A stretch of DNA of 64,000 bases from NCBI GenBank assembly GCA_003165595.1, contig PLWQ01000012.1, forward strand, positions 269,542 through 333,541, read 5' to 3'. A model generated the notes under the pieces. That model did not search any database and was not told the DNA's origin. It saw only the letters and a program-made list of their open reading frames with translations. A program made the position numbers and the translations under genes. The stretch is from Fibrobacterota bacterium. GTDB lineage: Bacteria > Fibrobacterota > Chitinivibrionia > Chitinivibrionales > FEN-1185. This document shows positions 8,848-16,610 of this stretch, one piece after another (position 1 is the stretch's first letter; the number at the start of each line of letters is the position of its first letter).

Positions 8848-9262
8848 GATGAATGTCCCACTCAAGGAGCAGCCTTTTGACTTTCCGCAAAAGGAAATTA
8901 TAGAGTACCACGGACGGTATTGCGACAAGAAGGCCTGCCGCCGTCGCCTTGAGCGCCAGGGCAAGGCCAACCATGATCTTGCCCGTGTCCATGAATCCCT
9001 GGTTGCCCAGGGTGTAGAATGTCAACATGATGCCCAGCACCGTGCCCAGCAGGCCCACATACGGCGCGCTGCTGCCGATGGTGGCGATTACATGAACCCG
9101 GGACGTCAGCATGAGTTCCAGTTCCTTTTTGCTGCCAAAGTCGGCGGGCCGGATGCGGCGGTACGTGAGCCACCGTTCGATCGCCACGCTCACCGAGACT
9201 ACGCTGAGAAATACCAGAAGTCCGATGATGCCGAAGTCGATCCCGAATTTCAGCCATTCCAT
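8840..9262 (-). CDS. exbB: ExbB/TolQ/MotA-family proton channel
   Basis: 140 aa with three TM segments. The [17 protein letters not shown] signature is typical of ExbB/TolQ. Confidence 0.85.
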   Translation of the reverse strand: MEWLKFGIDFGIIGLLVFLSVVSVSVAIERWLTYRRIRPADFGSKKELELMLTSRVHVIATIGSSAPYVGLLGTVLGIMLTFYTLGNQGFMDTGKIMVGLALALKATAAGLLVAIPSVVLYNFLLRKVKRLLLEWDIHHG

Positions 9263-9292
9263 GGTTTACTTCCCATCGCCAGTGTCGTACGT

Positions 9293-10375
9293 TCAATGCG
9301 CAAGCGCCCGTTCCAGCAGCTCCGCGCATTCCGTGTCATTGAGCTTTTTGAAATAGAACAGTTCGTAGAATCGCCTTGTTTCTGCGCGCATGTCGATCTT
9401 CATCCGGTCCGGATACAGCAGATTGGCCAGCCACCGCAGGCCGATAATACGGTTGACAGAGGGCGGCCGATCGAACCAGCCGAAGGGCAGTGATGGTATC
9501 TCGAATACCTTCTTGTTCTTTACGGCATCGAGGTTCCGCCACGCGGGGTCGGACATGATTTTTGCGAAGTTTTCCGTGCCGTGCGCGAACCCGTGGTCCA
9601 CCTGCACGATGATCATCTCCGGTTTCCACAGCAGAAGCTGCTCGAACGAGACTGCTGCGCGGCCGTACCCGCGCACCATGGGTACATCGGCCACGTTATC
9701 TCCGCCCACCATATCAAGCACCTCGGCATGCGTTGACCCCTTCGGGTCCGTTTCCAGCCCGTTGAGTCCTTCGGCGTAGTAAACCCGTATACGCTTCTGC
9801 GCCGGCATCGACGCAACGACAGCGGCGACCGTATTGAGGGTCTGCCGGCAATAACCGGCAAGGGTATCGGCGCGGCGCTCCTCACCAATGAGGCCGCCCA
9901 CAAAGCGGTACGACGTGTCAAGCGATGTCAGCCGACCGTCGACCATCACCACCGGCGTTCCAAGTTGTTTCTCCATGCGCTCCGCTGCGGAAACGTCTGT
10001 TTTGTCAATATACCCCATCGACAGAACGATGTCGGGTTTCGCCTTGATGATCACCTCGGGGTTACCGGTGGTACTTTTGCCGAACCACCCTCCGAGAAGC
10101 GGTTTTTTGTTGTACTCCTCAACAAGGAATCGTCGTTCGTCCGCGTCAGGGTTCCATGTTGTGCCGGTGATTTTGCCGGGCGCAAGTGTGTACATCAACA
10201 CCTCGCCCATCGGCGACGTCGAGTAGACGGAACGTATGGCAGAAGGAATAGTGACATGGCGGCCTGCCATGTCCACGATCGTTCTTACGGAAGGAGACCC
10301 GGCCCAGCAGGCGCCCGTTGCGAGCGCCGCGAAGACCAGCACCGGAGTCATTACGCACAGATTCTTGTTTGTCAC
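9293..10375 (-). CDS. Periplasmic binding protein of a FecB/BtuF-type (chelate) ABC importer
   Basis: 360 aa with a signal peptide. It has a class-III binding-protein layout (RIVSxxP..., KPDIVLSMG, WKPEMIIV, FEIPSLPFGWFDRPPSVNRIIGLRW). Confidence 0.85.
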   Translation of the reverse strand: MTNKNLCVMTPVLVFAALATGACWAGSPSVRTIVDMAGRHVTIPSAIRSVYSTSPMGEVLMYTLAPGKITGTTWNPDADERRFLVEEYNKKPLLGGWFGKSTTGNPEVIIKAKPDIVLSMGYIDKTDVSAAERMEKQLGTPVVMVDGRLTSLDTSYRFVGGLIGEERRADTLAGYCRQTLNTVAAVVASMPAQKRIRVYYAEGLNGLETDPKGSTHAEVLDMVGGDNVADVPMVRGYGRAAVSFEQLLLWKPEMIIVQVDHGFAHGTENFAKIMSDPAWRNLDAVKNKKVFEIPSLPFGWFDRPPSVNRIIGLRWLANLLYPDRMKIDMRAETRRFYELFYFKKLNDTECAELLERALAH

Positions 10376-11148
10376 TTAGCACCTCCCATGGCCGGAACGC
10401 ACAAAAATCGGCCTTCCGCCACTGAAATAATATCAACGTCGATCCCATACATTCTTTTGAGCAGCGTACAGGTTAGCACTTCTTTGGGTGGACCGTCGGC
10501 CGCGATGCGGCCGTCCAGCAGCGCTATCACCCGGGTGGCGCACGCGAATGCGTGGTCCGGGACATGGGTCGTGATCATCACTCCCATGTCTTGGGTTGCA
10601 AGTTCACGGATAAGATTCAGCGCCCGGATCTGGTTGCCGAAATCAAGGTGCAACGTGGGTTCGTCCATGATGAGAAATTGCGGCGACTGCGCCAGCGCGC
10701 GCGCGATCAGCACCAGTTGGCGTTCACCCCCGCTAATCTGCGCGTAGTTGCGGTCGCACAGATGACCGATATGCAGCAGGTCCATGACGCGCGCCGCTTC
10801 GCGCCTGTCATCCGCCGAGGGAATGGAGAAGGCGCCGATAAAGGGCGTCCTTCCCATGAGCACGACGTCCATGGCGCTGAAGGGAAATGGCGGGATGTGG
10901 ATCTGTGGGACATAGGCCAGCGTCCGAGCTCGTTCCCGCGTTGTGAACGTGCAGGCGGACCGCTGATCGAATTGGATATCTCCTCGCGAGGGAATGAGCC
11001 CAAGAATCGCCTTGAAAAGCGTGGTCTTGCCCGAGCCGTTGGGTCCCAGCAAGCAGACGACCTCGCCCGAATGCAACGATGCGCTGATTTCCGAAATAAC
11101 CGTGCGCGACCCGTATCCCGCCGATATGTTGCTTATCGCCAGTTTCAT
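10372..11148 (-). CDS. ABC transporter ATP-binding protein (FecE/BtuD-like)
   Basis: This is the real 258-aa product inside ORF 10372..12042 (MKLAISNISAGY...). It has Walker A GPNGSGKTT, signature ISGGERQ and Walker B LIMDEPT. ATGA overlaps occur at both ends. Confidence 0.9.
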   Translation of the reverse strand: MKLAISNISAGYGSRTVISEISASLHSGEVVCLLGPNGSGKTTLFKAILGLIPSRGDIQFDQRSACTFTTRERARTLAYVPQIHIPPFPFSAMDVVLMGRTPFIGAFSIPSADDRREAARVMDLLHIGHLCDRNYAQISGGERQLVLIARALAQSPQFLIMDEPTLHLDFGNQIRALNLIRELATQDMGVMITTHVPDHAFACATRVIALLDGRIAADGPPKEVLTCTLLKRMYGIDVDIISVAEGRFLCVPAMGGAK

Positions 11149-12308
11149 ACCCACCCCCTGCGCCCCCGGGCGAGCAGGAATACGAAAAACGGCGCGCCGA
11201 TGATCGCGGTCAGGATGCCGATGGGTATCTCGATGGGGAACGCGACGCGCGCCACGGTGTCGACGACGAGTAGGAACGTACCGCCCAGGAGCAGCGATGC
11301 GGGGAGCAGCACCGGGAAAGAGGGGCCCACCAGCATACGCGCCAGGTGCGGAACCACCAACCCGATCCAGCCGATCATACCGCTGATGGACACCGCCGCG
11401 GCGGTCATGAGCGTTGAAGACACGATCGCGATCGCCCGTATCCGACCCGCGTCCACTCCCATGGCTTTGGCTTCCTCGTCGCCGAACGAGAGTACGTTGA
11501 TCCGCCACCGCACGAGGAGTAAAGGGATTGCGCCCGCTACGGTCGCGATTGCGGCGATGCGGGCGTCGGACAAATTGACCGAGGCCAGGCTTCCCATGAG
11601 CCAATAGGTGATCGCGGGGAGCTTTGAGTATGGATCGGCGACATACTTGACAAGCGAAAGCAAGGCGGAAAACAGGGTGCCGGTCACGATGCCGCACAGT
11701 ACGAGCGTCAATGTCTTTTCTCCGCGCTTTCCGACAAAGGCGGACAGCATGACCGTGGCAAACACCGAGACAAGGCCAAAGCCAAAGGAAAAAAGCTGGA
11801 TCCCGACCACCCCGACCGAAAGCAGTATCGCCAGGGCCGCACCGAACGCCGATCCCGCGGTGACACCCAGAAGAGAAGGATCCACCATGGGGTTGCGGAA
11901 TATACCTTGGTAGCACGCGCCAGAACCCGACAGGGCCATGCCGACAAGAACCGCCGCACACATGCGCGGCAGACGGACATGGAACAAAACGGTGCTGCTT
12001 GCACCGAACACCATGGTGTCGTGGTGCCATAGTGATTTCCACACCAAGTGCAGCAGTTCACCGATACTGACGGGGTAACGTCCAACTGTCAAGGCTGCCA
12101 CGGCCATCACGCACAGGGCGATCGCCAGGCCAGCCAGAACCAGGGGTCCCTTTGGCCCCACAGAATTGACCGACTGGTTTGTTGTGCCGCCGTTCGTTCC
12201 TTTGTGCGTCTCTGCGGTCCCGGCAGTTGCCAGATGAGAATTAGCCGGTTCCGGACCATGCGGCTGATCATTCTTGACAGGCGGTTTACTCGTGGTGTTC
12301 GGTATCAT
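11145..12308 (-). CDS. FecCD/BtuC-family ABC permease
   Basis: ORF 11145..12833 trimmed to ATG 12308 (MIPNTTSKPP...). It has about 9-10 TM segments. GILTAIIGAPFFVFLLARG at the C-terminus is typical of FecCD. Confidence 0.85.
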   Translation of the reverse strand: MIPNTTSKPPVKNDQPHGPEPANSHLATAGTAETHKGTNGGTTNQSVNSVGPKGPLVLAGLAIALCVMAVAALTVGRYPVSIGELLHLVWKSLWHHDTMVFGASSTVLFHVRLPRMCAAVLVGMALSGSGACYQGIFRNPMVDPSLLGVTAGSAFGAALAILLSVGVVGIQLFSFGFGLVSVFATVMLSAFVGKRGEKTLTLVLCGIVTGTLFSALLSLVKYVADPYSKLPAITYWLMGSLASVNLSDARIAAIATVAGAIPLLLVRWRINVLSFGDEEAKAMGVDAGRIRAIAIVSSTLMTAAAVSISGMIGWIGLVVPHLARMLVGPSFPVLLPASLLLGGTFLLVVDTVARVAFPIEIPIGILTAIIGAPFFVFLLARGRRGWV

Positions 12309-12322
12309 CGAAAGTTGATGTG

Positions 12323-12874
12323 TCAATGTGCCGTGTAGTAGCTGCCAGACGAGCAGGCCATGCATACCGGCCCTTTTTCCCCGATTGTATCCTTGCCGTC
12401 GAAGACCTTTTCTCCGCACTCGACGCAGGTGACAACCCGCTTTGGCTTTCCGGGCATCTCTTCGGGCCGCAGGTTGACCTTCACTTCCCGCCATGCGAGC
12501 ATCTCTTCGTCCGGGATGTAAAGTGCCTGTCGAACCGCATCTTCGTCTTCGCCGTTGATCGTGCGATCCATGGCAACGTTTAGACGCCATGAATGGTTCG
12601 TGGTGACATTCATGAATGTCGCGGCCATCCTGCCGTAGTCCTTGAGTTTGAAGCTCCGCCGCCCCAGGCGCGTACCGGTGACCGTCTGGATGGCGTCGGC
12701 GATGCAGCGATCGTTCTCCACCACGACGATCAGGTCCTTGTAGGTGGACGGCGCCGCCAGGGACAACCCCTTGACGGCAAGGCGCACTCCCAGCACCTGC
12801 CCCATGCAGAGGTGACCGTGGAATGTGACGCATTTGTCCAGAAGCTCGCCGAGTTCTTCCTTTGTTTTGCTCAT
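12323..12874 (-). CDS. FmdE-family protein with C-terminal zinc ribbon
   Basis: ORF 12323..12892. MSKTKEEL is the likely start at 12874. It has the FHGHLCMGQVLG motif (FmdE FHGHxCPG type) and a C-terminal CVECGEKV...CMAC ribbon. Confidence 0.8.
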   Translation of the reverse strand: MSKTKEELGELLDKCVTFHGHLCMGQVLGVRLAVKGLSLAAPSTYKDLIVVVENDRCIADAIQTVTGTRLGRRSFKLKDYGRMAATFMNVTTNHSWRLNVAMDRTINGEDEDAVRQALYIPDEEMLAWREVKVNLRPEEMPGKPKRVVTCVECGEKVFDGKDTIGEKGPVCMACSSGSYYTAH

Positions 12875-12991
12875 GATATTCAGCCTCATCACACTAAGGT
12901 TATGTTACCTCATTGAAATACCTTCGGAAACAGCTCATGAATTATGTTTACCCCGAAATTGACAGAATAAGAAGACAATGTCTTGCAGTTT

Positions 12992-13015
12992 CGTAATATA
13001 CCTATTTATACAACG
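12992..13015. promoter_or_regulatory. ModE operator-like inverted repeat upstream of the fmdE-ABC-exbBD-tonB-xdhC-DUF364 operon
   Basis: CGTAATATA-CCTATT-TATACAACG, flanked by TT/AA. The minus-strand reading TGTAT-N7-TATAT has one mismatch to the core. It lies 118-141 nt upstream of ATG 12874. Its left half is identical to a half-site of the 5196-5219 box. Confidence 0.55.
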
Positions 13016-13139
13016 AAAGCACAAAAAAACTTCCGCTGCATACAGCCACGGAAGCCTTGTGTTCACTCATCAACCGCAATGATTGTCTGCGAAGCGTTGA
13101 ACACCTCGCAGGATTTGTCATATCATGAAGAAATACAAA

Positions 13140-13910
13140 TCAAGAAATGGCATCGTAGGTTGCCTTCACGGCGGCGACTAGAATAACGACAGCGAACACG
13201 CGTTGGAGCATACAGCAAGAGATCTTCTTCTCTGCTAGCGTCGCGCCGCAAAGTCCGCCGATGAGCGCAGCCCCTGCCAACGGCAAGACGATACTCAACT
13301 CAATTCCACCTCTAATTCCATGTGCTGCTAACCCAATGCCTGACAATGCTAATACCAGGACGGAATTCATTGCAGCCATCTGTTTTGGTCCTGCCAATCC
13401 GAGAAATAGAATGAGCGGCCCGAGAAACACGCCGCCCCCAATTCCCAGGAAACCTGAAAGGAACCCGATAACAAGCCCTGCCGGGATTCCTATTAAGAAA
13501 AGACGAAGACGCCCCGGATCTTTTTCCTGCTCTTGAGCATTTGGCGCAGCTCGAAACATCGCGATGGCGGCGATTGCAAGGGTTGCCGCCAATAATGCAA
13601 AAAATATCTTCCGATCGGCTGTTATGAATCCACCCAGGAATGCAGCCGGCATGGCGGGTAATAAAAACGGCAGGATAAGTCTCCAATTCAAACGTCCGGC
13701 CAAACCGAAACGCAGTAATGCCGCCCCCGTCACTACAATGTTTAACAACAAGACAGTTGGCGTCATTGCAGCAGCGGACATTCCACAGAGGGACAAGATG
13801 GCAAGATATCCTGTGCCGCCACCGAGGCCGACGGATGCATATGCCCCGGCAACAACCATAACCAAAGGCACTAGAAGTAGAAAAGTCCCAAGCGTCAATG
13901 TATCTGACAT
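13140..13910 (-). CDS. TauE/SafE (TSUP) family anion permease
   Basis: 256 aa with about 8 TM segments. It shows a Gly-rich internal duplication (GLGGGTGYLAILSL / GIGGGVFLGPLILFL). Confidence 0.85.
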   Translation of the reverse strand: MSDTLTLGTFLLLVPLVMVVAGAYASVGLGGGTGYLAILSLCGMSAAAMTPTVLLLNIVVTGAALLRFGLAGRLNWRLILPFLLPAMPAAFLGGFITADRKIFFALLAATLAIAAIAMFRAAPNAQEQEKDPGRLRLFLIGIPAGLVIGFLSGFLGIGGGVFLGPLILFLGLAGPKQMAAMNSVLVLALSGIGLAAHGIRGGIELSIVLPLAGAALIGGLCGATLAEKKISCCMLQRVFAVVILVAAVKATYDAIS

Positions 13911-13933
13911 TTCATTCTCGCATTACCATTAAG

Positions 13934-14830
13934 TTATTTGCTTGCTTTTTGCTTGCCGGTCACCGCAAGGGGAAAGTTGGTCTGGCGTTTGAATTTTTGT
14001 ACGCCGGAATTGGCTATGTACTCCTGTATTTTCGGGGAAGTCAGATACCCTATGAAAGTCATTGCATCAACGTAATGGGCGTCCGGATATTTCTGCGGGT
14101 TTGCAGCCAGGACCTCATAGGCGGTTACCAGCTTATTGTCCATGTTACCGTCGACCATGACGTTCATATCAAGGGTTTCCTGCTGTTGTATGAATGAAGG
14201 ATAATGGACAATCGTATATCCCCTCTTTCTATTCGCTATCACGAGGGTCGCGTCCGTGCCGGCATTTGTTGTGATATACCAGTCGCCCTTTGGCTCAATC
14301 TTCGCCAGTTTCCACATTTTCATTTCCAATCCGTAAGTGCCGGAGTTGTCTCCCCGGGAGAAAAACAGCGCTTTCTTCTTTGCTATAATTTTGAGCGCCT
14401 CGGTCGGGTCTTTCATTCCCCTTATACCCGCCGGGTCTTCCTTGGGACCGACAATCGCGAAGATCGAATACATCACTTCTCTTAAATTGACCAAATATCC
14501 GTCGGCTACGAGTTTGTTTTCAATATCCTTTTCGTGCCCTATAAAAACATCTATTGGTTGCGCACTGTCGGAACGCATGAGTTTGTCCCCGTCTCCGGTG
14601 CACAAGTTTAATTTCTTAATGGGTATGTTGTACTCTTTTGTGAACATGCCGATGAGTTCATCCGGCAGTTCGGTGGAGCAAAGGGTGGCTGGGAAAATTA
14701 CTGCGAGCGTTTTTGAATCTCTTGATTCCGGAGGGGTTGGTTGAGCCGACATCACGGGTAAACCCGCCAAGGATATCAGGACTGCTGAAAAACATAACAA
14801 CCTGATACCTGAGACTTTGCCTCTAAGCAT
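13934..14830 (-). CDS. TupA-like periplasmic substrate-binding protein (PBP-like_2 family), orphan
   Basis: 298 aa with a signal peptide. FFSRGDNSGTYGLEMKMWK resembles the SRGDxSGTHxxExxLW motif of tungstate-binding TupA. The N-terminal anion-binding TTTS/DSGL motif is not conserved (ATLCSTELPDEL). No tupBC genes are adjacent. Confidence 0.6.
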   Translation of the reverse strand: MLRGKVSGIRLLCFSAVLISLAGLPVMSAQPTPPESRDSKTLAVIFPATLCSTELPDELIGMFTKEYNIPIKKLNLCTGDGDKLMRSDSAQPIDVFIGHEKDIENKLVADGYLVNLREVMYSIFAIVGPKEDPAGIRGMKDPTEALKIIAKKKALFFSRGDNSGTYGLEMKMWKLAKIEPKGDWYITTNAGTDATLVIANRKRGYTIVHYPSFIQQQETLDMNVMVDGNMDNKLVTAYEVLAANPQKYPDAHYVDAMTFIGYLTSPKIQEYIANSGVQKFKRQTNFPLAVTGKQKASK

Positions 14831-15878
14831 GAATCCTCCCTGTTTTTACAGAACAGATTTGATTATTTCCGTTCAAAGGCCCGAATCCCTGTTCGTTGAG
14901 CCCTTTTTCCTGCCAGAAAACACGCACTTTGAATTTATTTTCGTTAGCCTCTTTGCCGAAAAGCTGCAGGTGATCCGCCTTTTTCCCAGGGGTATATTCA
15001 GAAGCGTAAATACAATCGCAGAGGGACTGAACAGCCGCATATATCTTCTGCTTGACGGCAGTACTCTTTTCGGATTCTGATTCGACAGCCGTCATTTGTT
15101 GCTGATACGTTATTCTGCCATTTTCAGCTAATACCGTCTTTTGCCCTTTATTCAGTACTATTTCTTCTAAGGGATATTTAATTACTAATTTCCCCTCAAA
15201 CACGATGCAGGTCGTTTCCGTTTTTAATACACCATTTTCCAGTCTCGCGACCGTTTGTATCTTTGAATTTGTATTCCTTGAAAGTAATAATCCGTCGGGA
15301 GTCTCAATCTGAAGTTCTTTATCTCCCGACAGAAGCGATATTTCCCCACGCGATAATGCTATGTGCCGTGAGCCTTTAACCCTGACCATCGTATTATGGT
15401 GAATCTGTAATTCGTTTTTGCTTTCCAGACTTATGGCTGCAGTGGTACTGTCTCCCGTATATAACTCGTCGCCCGACTTAATATTTTCAAATTGCGCGAT
15501 TTTGAACCTTTCCGACAGATTTTCAACATACCCTATATTCTTGTTGGCCAGGCACGCGTATGACAATATGGCAACCAGCAGCACAAAAAAGCCGGCAAGA
15601 GCAGGCCTTAGCTTGGGGTTGAATAGGGGTCTGAATATGGAACGAGGTTCTTTACTTGTTGATTGATTAAGACTATCCAATATTCTCTTTTCAATATTCG
15701 GCAGAACATCTTCAGGAGCCTTCTCCAGCGAACCTTTCTGGGAGCCGAGAGCCAAGATAAACTGGTGGAAATTCTTGCATTCTTTGCAATCACTCAGGTG
15801 TTCTTGTATTTCGATCGGCACAACAGTATCACTAAGATCATTCTCCTTTAGATACTTTTCAAAAATATCACATTTCAT
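14823..15878 (-). CDS. Anti-sigma factor (zf-HC2 N-terminus, one TM, FecR-like periplasmic domain)
   Basis: HLSDCKECKNFH is a zinc-finger motif. A TM helix follows at ALAGFFVLLVAILSY, then a beta-rich FecR-like region. Its stop overlaps the next gene's start (ATGCTTAG). Confidence 0.75.
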   Translation of the reverse strand: MKCDIFEKYLKENDLSDTVVPIEIQEHLSDCKECKNFHQFILALGSQKGSLEKAPEDVLPNIEKRILDSLNQSTSKEPRSIFRPLFNPKLRPALAGFFVLLVAILSYACLANKNIGYVENLSERFKIAQFENIKSGDELYTGDSTTAAISLESKNELQIHHNTMVRVKGSRHIALSRGEISLLSGDKELQIETPDGLLLSRNTNSKIQTVARLENGVLKTETTCIVFEGKLVIKYPLEEIVLNKGQKTVLAENGRITYQQQMTAVESESEKSTAVKQKIYAAVQSLCDCIYASEYTPGKKADHLQLFGKEANENKFKVRVFWQEKGLNEQGFGPLNGNNQICSVKTGRIHA

Positions 15879-15935
15879 ATGGAGTATCCCCTATAATGAA
15901 TAGACACCGAAGACCCATCAACGGTTACAACTATT

Positions 15936-16511
15936 TTAGAAAATGTTTTTGAACTTGTTGTAGAGAAACTGCCGTCCCCTAAAGAGCTGTATTTTTACGT
16001 TTGAAGCGGACGTCTTGAAAATCCCGGCTATTTCCTGGCAAGTTTGACCTGAAATATAATAAAGTATGAACATTTGTTTTTGTTCCAACGGCAGGAAAGA
16101 AATCACATCATCGACTACTTGTCTTAGTTCCTCAGCATCAAATTCCATGTTCGCGTCAGATAGTTCTCTTAACCTCTTCCCCTTTTCATCGACAAAAGGC
16201 CTCAATTCCGATTCTGCAATAACGAATCTGTTCTTCTTGTCTCTCCAATAATTTTTAACCTGGTTTACGGCAATCGTGTAAAGCCATGTCAGAAGCGAAC
16301 TTTCCTTTCTGAAGTTTTTGAGATTCGAAAACGCCTTAAGAAAGACGTTTTGAGTGATATCTTTCGCATCTTCCCGATTCTTTATGGATCTCAAAACAAG
16401 GGTATATATCCGGTCTTGATACTTTACGGTAATATTGCTGAACGCCCGAACGTTCCCCTGCAGGGTTTGGTCTATCCACAGAAAATCACTGGTTTCATCA
16501 CTATTTGTCAT
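15936..16511 (-). CDS. ECF (group IV) RNA polymerase sigma factor
   Basis: 191 aa. Region 2 is AKDITQNVFLKAF...SSLLTWLYTIAVNQVKNYWR. Region 4 is GQTCQEIAGIFKTSASNVKIQLFRGRQ. Confidence 0.9.
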   Translation of the reverse strand: MTNSDETSDFLWIDQTLQGNVRAFSNITVKYQDRIYTLVLRSIKNREDAKDITQNVFLKAFSNLKNFRKESSLLTWLYTIAVNQVKNYWRDKKNRFVIAESELRPFVDEKGKRLRELSDANMEFDAEELRQVVDDVISFLPLEQKQMFILYYISGQTCQEIAGIFKTSASNVKIQLFRGRQFLYNKFKNIF

Positions 16512-16610
16512 AGAATTTATTTGTCGGATATGACTTCGTTCTTACAAAATGACACTTTAATATACTATGACCCCGTATTTCGGGATAACACTTATCAAAG
16601 AGGCCATGGC

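Noticed and set aside
10552-11607. Very long ORFs antisense to, or out of frame with, real genes. Examples are 10552..11607 (+), 32920..33918 (-), 33603..34382 (+), 36481..37671 (-), 45172..46008 (-), 47878..49026 (-), 56382..57521 (-), 60323..61330 (-), 20172..21017 (-) and 61327..62079 (-).
   Set aside because: Each lies entirely inside a gene with strong family motifs on the other strand or frame. Their products are low-complexity and Arg/Pro/Gly/His-rich, as expected for stop-poor alternative frames of GC-rich coding DNA. No RBS or motif support was seen.
10372-12042. The 556-aa ORF apparently fusing the ABC ATPase to a long N-terminal region. Similar 5' extensions occur at 24600 (RND pump), 11145..12833 (permease), 27980 (Hsp20), 22136 (TolC), 16350, 37637 and 49196.
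   Set aside because: The extensions overlap the upstream genes in another frame and lack family similarity. Internal starts with RBSs or 4-nt stop/start overlaps give products of canonical length.
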